64,000 nucleotides of DNA from Mobula hypostoma (lineage: Eukaryota), in the NCBI RefSeq assembly GCF_963921235.1, contig NC_086097.1:169200001-169264000 (forward strand), in the 5' to 3' direction. This document shows positions 1-12,136 of this stretch, piece after piece (within the stretch, counting starts at the first letter, position 1; each line of letters starts with the position of its first letter). The notes under the pieces are model-generated. The model made no database searches and was not told the DNA's origin. It saw nothing but the letters and a program-made list of their open reading frames with translations. A program made the translations under genes and the position numbers.

Positions 1-702
1 CCTGGAGTCGTGTGGCCCTGGCCTCATCCAATTCTTGTTCTCTCCCTCTCCTTGCTGCTTCCCGACGTTTGGCGTCATCTCTTGACCATAATGTCCCCCT
101 ACCCTTTCCATGTGGCATAATTAGGCTGACCATTTTTTTTTTACCCTAATGCTGGATAGAAGATACGAAGCAGTAACACCAAAGGATGCTGATTATTCTT
201 GATGATGTGGTTGGCTCTCTCCTAAATGGACGTGATATAGTCACCGCTGTCCTTTGACTGCAGCAAAGGGTTTGATGGGTGTCTCGAAGTACGTCATTAC
301 AATAAGATTTAATTATCTCTTATTGATGGGTGACAGTTGGATCTGTCCCAATCCTGCACATGCTGATGGTGATTAGCAGAATGTGACCCCTGGAAATAGA
401 GCTGCCCTGCCCTTTTGCTCCGGTAGGTGTCGCTGCTGAGGCTGGCCATGCGCATGCATCGGCTGTCGCGTCCCGATTTCCATGACGGCGGATGGGCTCT
501 CAGGTGAAAACGAGCCTGTTGATTTTGGCGAATGAGCAATTTTATATGAATACATAACCCTGAACTTTGCCTGCATTCTGTAAGTTAGCACATTTTAATT
601 CGATTTGGCCAAAAAAGGTGCCGCTGTAATGCACCATTTGCAGTAGTTGGAGGTCACAAACAGACAAATAGACAGAGCATGAGAGTTTTAGTAGTATATA
701 GA
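1..702 (-). mobile_element. Helitron 5' portion (runs off the window edge)
   Basis: Minus strand reads A|TCTATATACTACTAAAA (5' TC after A, typical Helitron start), followed by TGTC/TGTT-type repeats. An ORF starts at 118 (MPHGKGRGTLWSRDDAKRREAARRGREQELDEARATRLQ) resembling the R/E-rich N-terminus of Rep/Hel proteins. Catalytic domains are not in the window. Confidence 0.6.
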
Positions 703-940
703 TGTGAGAACTATTTGCAGGTTGCCCTTTTAGCATTTCATAACTTTGATTGTACGATTAAACCTGTAAATTAGCTTGTTCTATTTTGTCTTGTATTTTA
801 AAGATGATGATTCAGAGTGTAGTTCCAATTCCTTTGTCAGCCCTACTTATCCAAATACATGTCTAGACAGTGAATGCTGCCAAAACTTTACCGTGGCAGC
901 ATTTTAACTGAGATCAATACTGCTTGTAAGTTTTCCCAAG

Positions 941-1242
941 ACCATGATTGCTCTTGGCAAATTTTTCTTCAGAAGTGGTTTGCCATTGTCTTCTTCTGGA
1001 CAGTGTCCTCATAAGACAGGTGACCCCAGCCAGTATCAATACACTTCAGAGATTGTCTGCCTAGCATCAGTGATCACATTATCAGTACTCGTGATATGCA
1101 CGAGTTGCTCCTATAGCTTCAGGTGACCCTGATCAGGACGATAAGCAGGTACTACACCTTGCCCAAGAGTGACCTACAGGCTAGTGGAGGGAAAGAGCAC
1201 CTTACACCTCCTTTGGTAAAGGGATATCTCCACCCTCCCACC
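941..1242 (-). mobile_element. Short non-autonomous retroelement, RTE/BovB-related SINE-like
   Basis: Minus strand contains a GAAGACAATGGCAAACCAC motif resembling the Bov-A/Sauria-SINE/RTE motif; non-coding; boundaries approximate. Confidence 0.4.
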
Positions 1243-1249
1243 CTCTTTT

Positions 1250-1960
1250 TCTTTGTAAAAGTACGAAATGCCTCAGATTTCTTCTTGATCCTGCTCACCA
1301 GGGACATTTCATGACCCCTTTTGGCCTTTGTATTCAACTGCTGCAGCATTTTCCTATCATCTTTATCACAAGGGTCCAGTCTGATTCTGGCTTCCTAAAC
1401 ATTACGTATCCTTCCTTTTACTTCCTGACTAAATTTACAACTTCCCAGATCATCCAAGGTTTCCTTAACATCCTTGTCCTTACTTACAGGAACATGCTGA
1501 TCCTGAACTCTGATCAGCTGGTCTTCAAACATCTTCTACATGTCAGATATAGACTTGCCCGACATCAGCTGTTCACAATGAATGCCCCTCGGCTCTTGTC
1601 TTTTAATGGTGTAACTTGCCCTCCCCCAAGATCCAATTTTATTCTTACCTTAAACCATAATGAGTTGCTGGTCACTATTCCCAAAATCTGTTCCGTCACC
1701 TGGCCTTATTAGCAGGCATACATTTAAGGGGGGGGGAGCTTAAAGGAGGTGTGCAGGGCAAGTTTACACACACACAGTGGGTGCTTGGAATGGCTGCCAA
1801 GGGGAGTGGTAGAAGCAGACATAATAGTGGCATTTAGGAATCTATTGGATAGATGCATGAAATTTGGAGGAATACAAATCATGTGCAGACAGAAGAGATT
1901 TAATTTAATTTAGCATCTTGTTCCACACAAATATTAAGGGCCGGAGCCCATTTCTGTGGA
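1250..1960. mobile_element. Degraded CR1 LINE fragments in both orientations
   Basis: Decayed similarity to the younger CR1 copies elsewhere in the window (EN-RT linker on minus, 3' end on plus). Confidence 0.5.
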
Positions 1961-3297
1961 CTCAATGGGTTGGGCAACATCTGCGGACAAACTAAATTAA
2001 ATATTCACATTGAGACCTTTCATCTGTGCCAGAAACATTTTCTGTTCATTTTCCTCCACAAACATTGCCTGACCTGTTGATTTCCCCAGCAATTTGCTCC
2101 AGATTCCAGCATCTCGTTTCCTGATTACCGACATTACTGTAATCCAGGAAGCTGCCCTAAACTAACACCCTCCCTTCAATGGATTACCTCTCAGTGTGGA
2201 AAGGTTGCCTGTGAGGACTGATGTCAGACAGGATCATACAAGTATGATTTACTGTGGTAAAAATATCACTGCAGATAATCTTTAATGCGTTATTTCTACT
2301 TGGTTACTAAACCATTAAATTCTCACAGCAATTTTCTTCCATTTCTCCCCATTTACTATCATGCTAACAACGTGGTCTCCTCTTAAAAAGTGGAGAAAAC
2401 CAAGGCTGTTTGGGCAACTGCCTTACAGAACAACACATTTCACCCACAAGGGTTGTCCCAAGACCCTGATCTGCCAGTAGTCTTTGTTTCTCCCAACCAC
2501 TTCGATTCCAAACTATGCCTCAGTATCTCAATGAAGGTCACTAAACGCAAAGAACACCTTCTCTAACTTACATATTAATAGCTTAAGATTCATAAAATTC
2601 ATCAGTTCCTGATAAGTAACCAATTCAGTTTTGTATTTAACATTTTCAACATTCAGGTTATTTTTATCACCATCTTTTTCTGGAAATTTTGGATTTTATT
2701 CATTACCCACTTACACATTTCTCAGATGTATCTTACAGCCATTAATACCGACATTTCCCACTCACTCTCTGTTTGCTCTACTTGTTCACAAACCTGAGGA
2801 AGGGCCTTAACCTGACAACTTATTTCCCTCCATAAACGCTCCCTGACCTGCTGAGTTCCTCCAGTATTTTGTGTGTTGCTGTTTGCAAATCTATCCTTTT
2901 CCCATCTCATCTCTTCCCAGACCTTTTATTAATAACTTTAAGCTTGATTAAATGAAACTTTCCTCAATTCAGATGAAAGACGAGATCCAGAACATTAGCT
3001 GTCCCTACAAAAGCAGCCCAACTTCAAAAGTTCTGTTTTATTTCATATTTCCAGCATTTACCACATTTTTCTTTTTGACCAAGATTTATGGCATGGATTC
3101 TATATAGCATTAGGACTTTGCCATCAGTTGTTTGACCCAATAGCCTATTGTCCACCCAGGAAGTACAGTACAGGGAAAATGTCTCTGCTATATCCAACAC
3201 CTTTTGATTAGATCAATTGCACCACAAAATTACACCAACCACTAAATTATTCACTGCTGAACATAAAATCTTAAAAACAGAAATATACAAAATTAAC

Positions 3298-3303
3298 TTT
3301 ATT
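3298..3303 (-). terminator. Candidate polyadenylation signal of the CEP192-like gene
   Basis: AATAAA on the minus strand about 255 nt downstream of the stop codon in an AT-rich 3' UTR. Confidence 0.5.
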
Positions 3304-3558
3304 TCAAATATACATAAAATGCTCACAAAGTTAAATAATGTTGCAGGGAAGGGTAGAAATATGCAATTCTTTTCCACAGTAAGCTAGTTTTCTTATTGAA
3401 TATGTATCATAATACTTATTCTTCCTTTCAGATTAAGTGTCAAATCAAACCAGCAGTGTTTATGTGGCTTGAGTTACAAAATGCATGTATTTAAAATTGT
3501 TACACAAAGCTGGTAATTTTCAATTTTCCACCAGGGTTCGATTCATCTGCAAAACAGT

Positions 3559-3706
3559 TCAAGTTTTCTTGCCTTTTTTAATAGCTTCACCAGTAAGTTT
3601 AATAGTGAGCCTCCCACATATGTCAGTCTGTATGATGAGGAGTTCCTCAAATATTCCCTCTGACTCTGGTTTGAACTGGACGGGTAAATTGATGTAGTGT
3701 TGAGAC
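3559..3706 (-). CDS. CEP192: CEP192-like, last coding exon
   Basis: Acceptor tttgttctag|G; translates (R)SQHYINLPVQFKPESEGIFEELLIIQTDICGRLTIKLTGEAIKKGKKT*, matching the vertebrate CEP192 C-terminus as I recall it (RAQHYINMPVQFKP...IRLIGEA). Confidence 0.93.
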
Positions 3707-4180
3707 CTAGAACAAAGACATCAATTAAGATACTTGAACCAGATTGATTCAACTTTTCACCAGTGATAAAATCAGAATACATGTCACTCAATATCTTACA
3801 GGGAGTGGGGAGACTTTTCTTATGGAATCCAGAATAAAATGCACCTTAATATTGGAGCTAGACCATAGGAAACTGAAATCACAGAAAAATATTGGAAATC
3901 GGAAACAGTTATCCATGACCAGCTCAACACCCTCATGTAAAAAAAGGCAATTGAAGCTGGAGGAAATCAACTGAAATTGTTAAAATAGATGGAAAATCAT
4001 TTTAAGGCATTTAAGATTATCCGTCTTATTCATATCAGATGGAACAAAGATACAGCTCCCAAACAAACTGAATGCCCTCTACGTTCCTCTCCTCTCATAC
4101 ACTTGAAGTTTGAAATATGTATTCCTCAATGATTCCATTCAAGAATTTGCCTCCTTATTACCTTCATAGTTATCACTCAC

Positions 4181-4239
4181 CGTAGTGTGTAATAGGAATA
4201 CTTGACATAAAATGGCTCTTTTGGGGTTATAAACTTCAG
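4181..4239 (-). CDS. CEP192: CEP192-like, penultimate exon (59 nt)
   Basis: ttgcag|CTG...CG|gtgagt; LKFITPKEPFYVKYSYYTL(R), similar to LKFLSPREPFYVKHSKYSLR; phase 0 to 2 joins both neighbours. Confidence 0.93.
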
Positions 4240-4878
4240 CTGCAAATCAACAACAAAAGTATTAGTACAGTTGCTTGCAAGTGGGAAAAAATACTGCTTT
4301 TAAAGCTACTCGGTTGAAAAGTACCTTTAATCACCACCAACTGACTCAAACATTGTAGAAGTTTAACTAGTCTGGCTTATAGCATGAAACAAACTTTAAA
4401 GTTACCAGGAGCATTTCAAGTTAATAGCATGAAGTAATATCATTTCATAATTACTTTTCTGAAATCACTGAGGGAAAACAAAGACTCATCAAGAGTAGAA
4501 GTGATGAGACTCTGTGAACTTCATTCTGAGTTTTACAGAATGTTGTTAATCCTAGTGGATTTCTCTGTACATCACAAAATAACAAGGTTTTAAAAAAATC
4601 ACTGTAAAAAAATCATTGTTTACTTAATGCAGTATTTTTAAAGGCTAATAAGCAGCAAATAAATGTAGTGTTTCCAGCAGAGGTGAAATTCTCTCTCTCA
4701 AGCTGAAGTACAACTCCATTTAAATCTTACAAGCAGTCAAGGGTTTAAAAGGAGTGGGTAAAGGACTGAAGGAGCAAAGGCCTCAGAAAGTCCAGCTATT
4801 TATGCTCTCAGTTCAGTGTCACTCTGTTCTGCTCTAACAACAGCTCCCCAGCACCTTCTCTGGTATGTGCAAGAGGGC

Positions 4879-5334
4879 TGTAGGAGCCATGTTCTATTTT
4901 TTGTCTGTATTATATTTTATGGTGCATTTATTATGGTAATCTGTCACATGGGCTGGAGTGTGGTAGAAACAAATTTACAGTTACTTATTCACGCTTAGTT
5001 TCAGTTGGTTGTTTAGTTTAGTCTAGTGGAGAGGGGATGAACAATGGGGAATAATGTACTACTTTTCTTGACCACTAATTTAGTTCAACCACTAACTAGA
5101 TCACTAATTGGAACATTATTAGATCGTTTATTACACCATTATACCACTTGGTATCACTAATATCATTATTAGACCATTATATTGCTAATTCATTTCATTA
5201 GGCTTTCCATTGCAACAAGATAATTCGTCTTTGCAGTTTCATAAGAATGGTTCGATTTAGAAGAGCGTCATACAGTGTCAAGTACCCAGGGTTAATCTCT
5301 CAGCAGTTTTGGTTTGGTTTAAGTAACTGCTATA
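4879..5334 (+). repeat. 5' LTR of the BEL/Pao element
   Basis: Starts TGTAGGAGCCATG, ends AAGTAACTGCTATA; alignable with 11289-11808, including internal ACCACTAAT-type short repeats. Confidence 0.85.
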
Positions 5335-6662
5335 TTTTGTCATAAAAAAAGTTATTCCAAACAAACAGTCTATGGCAAAGGATTGCCTCGGATTTCTTGG
5401 CAAAACTGGAGCAGTTTGCAGCAAGTAAACAACCCTTTGTTGATTCATGCAGGGTATTTGTGGTTTGAAGAGTTTTGAATGGTCAGTGCTGCCTGTCCAT
5501 TGAGAACCTTTGCTCAATCGTGTGCTGTTTGTCTAAGGATTTATCACTTAGTTTTATTGAAGTACTGAAATATTTCAATTGCCAATGTCTGAATTGAAGG
5601 CTGTTTGTTTGGTCTGGTTTAAGCACCATGGACATGTGGACAGTTTGTTTGTTGCCTGCATGAATCGAATATCACTGGTGCTGCCGTGAAGAAAGAGTTA
5701 ATTGCGAGTCATGCAATTACAGAAAGTAACATGAGTGTATCATAGCATGGAACTAGCACCAATGTCCCTGGAGTCAGGGCTTGCCAAAGAGCAATTGAAG
5801 CTAAAGCTAATCTAACTTAAATCGTCAGGATTGAACTTCTGTTGCAGGAAGAAGATCTGGACCTACTACCCTTTCTGCATGCATTAAAACACAGGCTGAT
5901 TTAGCTCCATTAAGGGCACATTGACAATTATTTAAGGACAAACATGCGCTGGAGGAGCAAGAGGAATGCCATGGAGCTCCGGAGAAGGAAAGAACAGCTT
6001 GAGTTGCAGGAAGAAAGGAAGTAGCAGTCACTCAGGTGACTAATGATAATGTGCAAAAGGCAGCAAATGCAGCGAGTGCTGAAGTGCTCCAGCAGGACAG
6101 TCCTATGGTGAGAGCTCCTGTATTGAAAGGGCATAGAAGAAAACAAAAACACTCAATGTCACTTGTTGATTCATTTGTTCAAGTGTTTGGGATGCATGAA
6201 CAAGACCCCCAAGAGGTAGTTCAGGGTGTTTACTCTTCACCGACACTAATGAGGCACTGTGAAGCTGTCATTTCCCACAGCTCAAAGTGCCCATGGGAAC
6301 ATTCACTTACAGCATGGAAACACTCTTGTTTTAGATGATAGAGGTCAAAATAGTATTATTGATATTATAAGGAAGCAAAATGAGATAACAACCTTATGGG
6401 TAATAAAACAACACATTTAATCTTTGCATAAAAGATTGATTCAAAACTTCAATGGGGATCCATTGCAGTATCATGCATTCATAGTCGTAATCATACTTTA
6501 TTGATCCCGGGGGAAATTGGTTAAAATTGGCCATGAGGACTTTTGAAGAGTATTGAAGGCAAGACTGACAGCTATAGTGACTGCCTGTATTTTCTTGAAC
6601 AGTACACCAGGGGGTCACCCTAGAGACCTTGTCAGAAGTTGCTGGTATTTTGATCACAAGAT

Positions 6663-7752
6663 ATATAAGAGACCACAAGATATAGGAGCAGAATGAGGCC
6701 ATTTGGTCCATCAAGTCTGCTCTGCCCATTTCATCATGGCTGATCCAATTTTCCTCTCAGCCTCAATCTCCCGCCTTCTCCCCACATCCCTTTATGCCCT
6801 GATCAATCAAGAATCTATCAGCCACTATCTTGAATATACATAAAGACTTGCCTCCACAGCTGCCTGTGGCAAAGAGTTCCACATATCCATCACTTTCTCG
6901 CTAAAGAAGTTCCTCCTCATCTCCATTCTAAAAGGATGCCCCTCTATTCTGAGGCTGTGCCCTCTGGTCTTAAACCATAGGAAACATCCTCTCCACATCC
7001 AGTCTATCAAGGCCTTTCACCAATTGATAGGTTTCATTGAAGATACCCCTCATTCTTCTGTATTCGAGCTAATACAGGCCCAGAGCCATCAAACACTCTT
7101 CATATGACAAGCTATTCAATCCTGGAATAATTTTCGTGAACCTCATTTGAACTCTCTCCAATTTCAGCGCATCCCTTCTAAGACAAGGGACTCAAAACTG
7201 CTCACAATACTCCAAGCAAGGCCCCGCCAGTGCTTTATAAAGTCTCAACATTACATCCTTGCTTTTATTTTCCAGTCCTCTTGAAATGAATGATAACATC
7301 ACATTTGCCTTCTTCATCACAGACTCAACCTGCAAATGAACTTTTAGGGAAACCTGCACAAGGTATCCCAAGTCCCTTTGCACCTCAATTTTTTTGTATT
7401 TTCTCTCCATTTAGAGAATAGTCAACCATTTTATTTCTTCTAACAAAGTGCATGACCATATACTTCTCAATACTGTATTCCATCTGCCATTTTTTGCCCA
7501 TTCTCTTAATCCAAGTCCTTCTGTAGCCTCTCTGCTTTCTCAAAACTACCTGCCCCTCCATCTTCATATTGTCTGCAAACTTTGCAACAAAACCACCAGT
7601 TCCAACATCCAAATCACTGACATACAACGTAAAAGCGATCAGTCCCAACACAGACCCCTGTGGAAAACCACTAGTTATCAGCAGCCAGCCAGAAAAGGCT
7701 CCCTTTATTCCCACTCTTTGCCTTCAGCCAATCAGCCAGTGCTTTATCCATT
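6663..7752 (-). mobile_element. CR1 LINE 3' fragment nested in the BEL element
   Basis: PQGSVLG and KFADN RT motifs, TRGHSLRI C-terminus, CR1 3' UTR. Confidence 0.88.
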
Positions 7753-7890
7753 CACAAACAAGAGAAAACCTGCAGATGCTGGAAATCCAAGCAACACACA
7801 CGTAATGCTGGAGGGACTCACCAGGTTAGGCAGCATCTATGGAAACCGAGTACAGTCAACATTTTGGGCCAGGACCCTTCATCAGGTGAA
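7753..7890 (-). mobile_element. Penelope pseudo-LTR-derived short element with degenerate hammerhead
   Basis: Minus strand CCTGATGAAGGGTCCTGGCCCAAAATGTTGACT...TTTCCAGCATCTGCAG, homologous to the 3' end of the Penelope copies. Confidence 0.7.
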
Positions 7891-10832
7891 GGGTGGTATA
7901 TTTCTTTGAAGCAACTTCATCACCGAGTTGTGCCAATTTCACTCTTAGGAAATATACAGAAGATAATGAAAAACAGTTCAGCTGTGAGACAGTGGATAAG
8001 GTTTTGCATTGCTTCTATGTTGATGACTGCCTTGTGAGGAAGAAGTGGTGTCTCTCCATCATGACCTTGTATCTATTTGTGCTGAAGGCAGTTTTCGACT
8101 CACAAAGTGGATGAGCAACAGACAACATGCAAGCTATGATATCAAAAGAGCAAACAGTGAACGACATGAAGGCATGGGATAAGAATCAAGATATTCCTTT
8201 GGTGGAGAAAATACGGGGTGTGCGATGGTGCATTCAGTCTGATACTTCCAAGTTTAAGATCACAATAGACCACTCACCAGAAGGGGGATCCACTCCACAG
8301 TTAGTTCCATTTATGATCATTTTGGAATCTTGAGCCTAGTGGTGCCATCTGCTAAGATGATTCTACAAGATCTAGCTGAGAATTGGCTTGGTTGGGATGA
8401 CACTATTACCAACATCAGTCGCTCATGAGTGGACAAGCTGGCTGAAGAATTCTTCCAGATGGAAACTTCAAGGTTATTAGATGTTTGAAATCCTTGGATC
8501 TTGAAGAAGTTATTGCTGCACAGTTCCACCACTTTACAGACACAAGCAAAGTTGGCTGTGGAGCAAAAAAGTACCTACCGTTGCACAGCAGGTGCTCTCT
8601 GGTGCACAGTGCTTTTATATCATGGGAAAAACTAAGGTAGCTCCACTGAAGTCAGTTTTCATCTCTTGTATGAAGCTCATCGCTGCTACAATGGTAAGCC
8701 CTATGGACACATAGTGGAGGAAGGAGTTACACATGCAACTTCATAACTTAATTTTTTTGGACTGATAGCACTTCTGTGCTGAAGTATATCAAGAATGAAA
8801 CTTCCAGGTTCCAAACCTTTGCTGCAAACAGTTTCAGAAATTCTTAAGGTCTCACAAGCATCTCACTGGAGGTATTGAAACACTTCAAAAAACCCAGCAC
8901 AAGTGGCCTCTAGAGGGTTGAAAGTGAAAGCATTCCTGAAGAATGAGACATGGCTGTCAGGGCCTCAGTATCTTCTTCAGCCTGAAAGGGAATGGTAGTA
9001 AATCCCGAGTGTTCCAGACAACGTCTGCTCGACGATCCAGAAGTTTTTAAAGAGGTGTGTTAGAATGCAGATTGAAAAGGAGATGGACATGGTAACACAT
9101 ATAATCTATCACTTCTTGCCTTGGACCCTTTTGAGGAAGACAGTGGCCTTAGATTTAAGAACCCACTCTTGTTTCTTACTCAGAAGAGGAAGCAATTGAA
9201 CATCACTCTTGTTCAGTCTGACTTGGATAAAGAACAACAAGGGCATTCTTTGGACAGAGAGATCAGAAGGTCAAAGATCAGATTGGCCAAGATTGTCTCA
9301 GTGGAGGAGCTCAGAAAGGCTGAAATGGAGACAATTGGATTTTGCCAAAGAAAGATTTCCAGATGAATTCTCAAGTTTGCAAAGGGGAAAAAATGTAAAA
9401 AGGAACAGCCACATTTTCAAGCTCAATCCAGTACTTGAAGATGGTTGATGGACACCTTAGTAGGGCAGCCATGACTGAATTGTTTAAACATCCTGTTATA
9501 CTGGCAAAGGATCTTCATATCTCAGACCTCATTCTGAGGCACGTACATCAAGAAGTGGGGTATGGTGGCCATCAGCATACGTTTTCCAGGTTGGGCCAAA
9601 AATATTGCATTCCCAATGCGAGTACAGCTTATAGCTGACTAAATGTGTTGTTTGTTGACGGTTACACGCAGCTCCAGAACGCAAGCACATGGCAGATCTA
9701 CTTCTGGCCAGTGTATCTCCAGATGAACCTCTGTTTATACATATAAGAGTGGACTACTTTGGACCTTTTGAGGTGAGGAACAGAAAAAATACAGTGAAAA
9801 GATATGGGGTCATATTTACCTTTCTAATACGAGCTGTTAACATTGAAGTTGCATCTTCTTTAGACACAGATTCCTTTGTTAATGCACTTTGACACTTCAT
9901 AGCAAGAGGAAGAAAGGTTCGTGAACTGCACTCTGATAATATGACAAATATTGTTGGAGCTGAATGCGAGTTGTGAGACGCTATTGAGAAGTGGAATCAT
10001 TCATGAATCAGTGATGTCCTTCTTCAAAGGGAATTAATTCGATTTAACCCCTCCCCCCCCGGCTAATTTACATCAAGGAGGAACATGGGAGAGATTGATC
10101 AGGTCTGTGCAAAAGGTCCTCAATTCCAACATGAAGGTACAGAATCTTGACGAAGAGGGTTTCCACATAGTCCTTTGTGAAGTAAAGGCCATTATCAGTG
10201 GCCATCCAATCCCAATGATATGGGAGCACTAAAACCTCAACATGTGCTGCTTCTGAAGATCTCACCATCCTTACCACCAGGAGAGTTCCAAAGGAAGACA
10301 TGTATGCTCATCGTAGATAAAAGCAGGTCCAATACATGTCAAACTTGTTTTGGAAACAGTGGGTTAAGGAGTATTTACCACAGCTACAGGAACAACAGAA
10401 ATAGGCATAAAATGCAATTTCCACCTGGGAGACATTGTGCTTATAGTTGATGACACAGTGTCCTGAAACTCATGGATCATGGGAAAAGCCACTCAAGTCT
10501 TTCCAGACAGAAGAGGACTTGTGCGGCAGGTATGCATCAAGACCAAGACTAGCTGTCTGGACAGGCTTACAACCAAGATCTGTCTTCTGCAGGAGGCAGA
10601 GGTTTGAGGAGCTACAGCTTTAGAAGCTTCATGATTTTGACTTAACATACTGACATTGTACTGAGAATGGTGGTCAAGATCACTCTGTACTTGGCTAAGT
10701 GCTGGTAAGCTCTGGCCTAGATAACTGCTACAGAGTTGACGGTAGAAGAAAGAAGAAAAGAGGACATTTGTATAAATGTTTAGATTTCATATCCCCTATT
10801 TTAGTCATATGTAATTGTATTATCATGTAGTA

Positions 10833-11263
10833 TCAAGGGTAGTGGGTAGCGGCTCCATATGTCACTACTACAGGGCATGACAACCCTGCCTTACACGAGT
10901 CCCGGGCTCAGCTGCCTCCAGCTGACAGTATCTGGTATGGGCCCCTATCCAGGGTTATGGATCCCACTGCCTTGTAGGTATCCTCGGGAGAAGAGAAGGC
11001 TAAAGAGTAAACCCTACACAAATCCGAAGTGAAGCCCCTAAGGTGGTTGGATGACATATCACATCACCTCCCGGCAGCTCCTGCAGCCAAGCTGATGCCA
11101 AATGTACTGCTTCGCATTCCTTTGGACCACATCCGCAAGGCCGAGAGGGGAATCTTGATGTCTGGGCAGCCCAGGATCTCCATATTCATCGCCCAGGTCT
11201 GCGCCCCGGAACCAGGCGCATCCATTGTCTACTTAGACAGAGGGAGCCATTATTATTATTATC
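10833..11263 (+). mobile_element. SINE-like insertion with (TAT)n tail, probably RTE-mobilised
   Basis: Flanked by ATCATGTA direct repeats (10822-10829 and 11264-11271); ends in CATTATTATTATTATC; interrupts the BEL 3' region just upstream of the polypurine tract. Confidence 0.6.
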
Positions 11264-11288
11264 ATCATGTAATAATTAGGGGCCAGGA

Positions 11289-11808
11289 TGTAGGAGCCAT
11301 GCATCGATTTTCTGTAAGTAAAAGCCATGTACTGTATCTATTTTCTGTCTGTATTGTATTATGTGGTGGGGCAATCTGTCATGTGGGTTGGGGTGTGATA
11401 GAGCAAATGAGTACAATTGTGTGTTCATGCTTTGTTTTAGTTATTTGTTTAGTTTAGTCTAGTGGAGGGGGTGAGCCACAGGGAACTAGACTTTTTTGTT
11501 GACCACTAATTTAGTTCGACTGCTAACTAGATCATTAATTGGAACATTATTAGACTGCTTATTACACTAATTACATCATTATACCACTTAGTATCACTAA
11601 TAGACTGCTAATTAGACCATTATATCACTAATTCAGTTTGGTTCATTTTCATTGTTACAAGACCATTTGTCTTGGCTGGTTTCATAATAAAGGATCAATT
11701 GTATTTTTTATGATATGGAAATGTGTTATTTGGAAGCACATCGTATGGTGTCAATTACTCTGGCTTCGTTTCTCAGCGGTTTTGGTCTGTTCTCAAGTAA
11801 CCGCTACA
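11289..11808 (+). repeat. 3' LTR of the BEL/Pao element
   Basis: TGTAG...CTACA inverted termini; homologous to 4879-5334. Confidence 0.85.
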
Positions 11809-12136
11809 AGGGGTTCTCCTTCTACCTTAGGCCACAAACTTATCAATCACCCCTGATGAGTTATTAACTTCAAACTTTGTGCATAATCACTCAAAGAGTT
11901 GAACTGCATGTGCATGTAAAGAGAGCTGTATAACTCATCTCCTTCTACCTTAGGCCACAAACTTATCAATCACCCATTTGTGGGCACTTTCCGGAGGTCC
12001 AAGATCTGTATGCTCCACAACCACTGGACTAGGTGTGTAAATATAGGAGGGGACTATGTTGAAAAATAAATGTGCTAGGTTTTCTAAAATTGACTCCTTC
12101 TACCTTAGGCCATGAACTTATCAATCGCCCCTCGTA
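11805..12136 (+). mobile_element. Mariner-derived MITE
   Basis: Ends TACAAGGGG...CCCCTCGTA with TA flanks; keeps the transposase C-terminus HWTRCVNIGGDYVEK*; three copies of CTCCTTCTACCTTAGGCCAYRAACTTATCAATC. Confidence 0.8.

Larger units (their letters stand above)
4879..11808 (+). mobile_element. Decayed BEL/Pao LTR retrotransposon with nested insertions
   Basis: Two related LTRs; RT remnant ATSSPSCANF...FYVDDCL (7893-8040); RNase H/Pao-region remnants (8300-9000); integrase remnants HPVILAK and DYFGPFEV (9435-9900); purine tract AGGGGCCAGGA before the 3' LTR; many stops and frameshifts. Confidence 0.88.

Noticed and set aside
3543..3791. 82-aa minus-strand ORF from the track
   Set aside because: Wrong frame; the real exon is in another frame (3559-3706).
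5070..5190. Short ACCACTAAT/ATTATTAGA repeats superficially like a CRISPR array
   Set aside because: Irregular, no unique spacers, repeated in the second LTR; internal LTR repeats in a eukaryotic genome.
11029..11457. 142-aa plus-strand ORF
   Set aside because: Runs across a SINE-like tail into an LTR; a chance chimeric frame.
4874..11813. Apparent BEL TSD AGGGC/AGGGG
   Set aside because: The right-hand AGGGG is equally explained as the start of the mariner TIR (TACAAGGGG), so it is not used as evidence.
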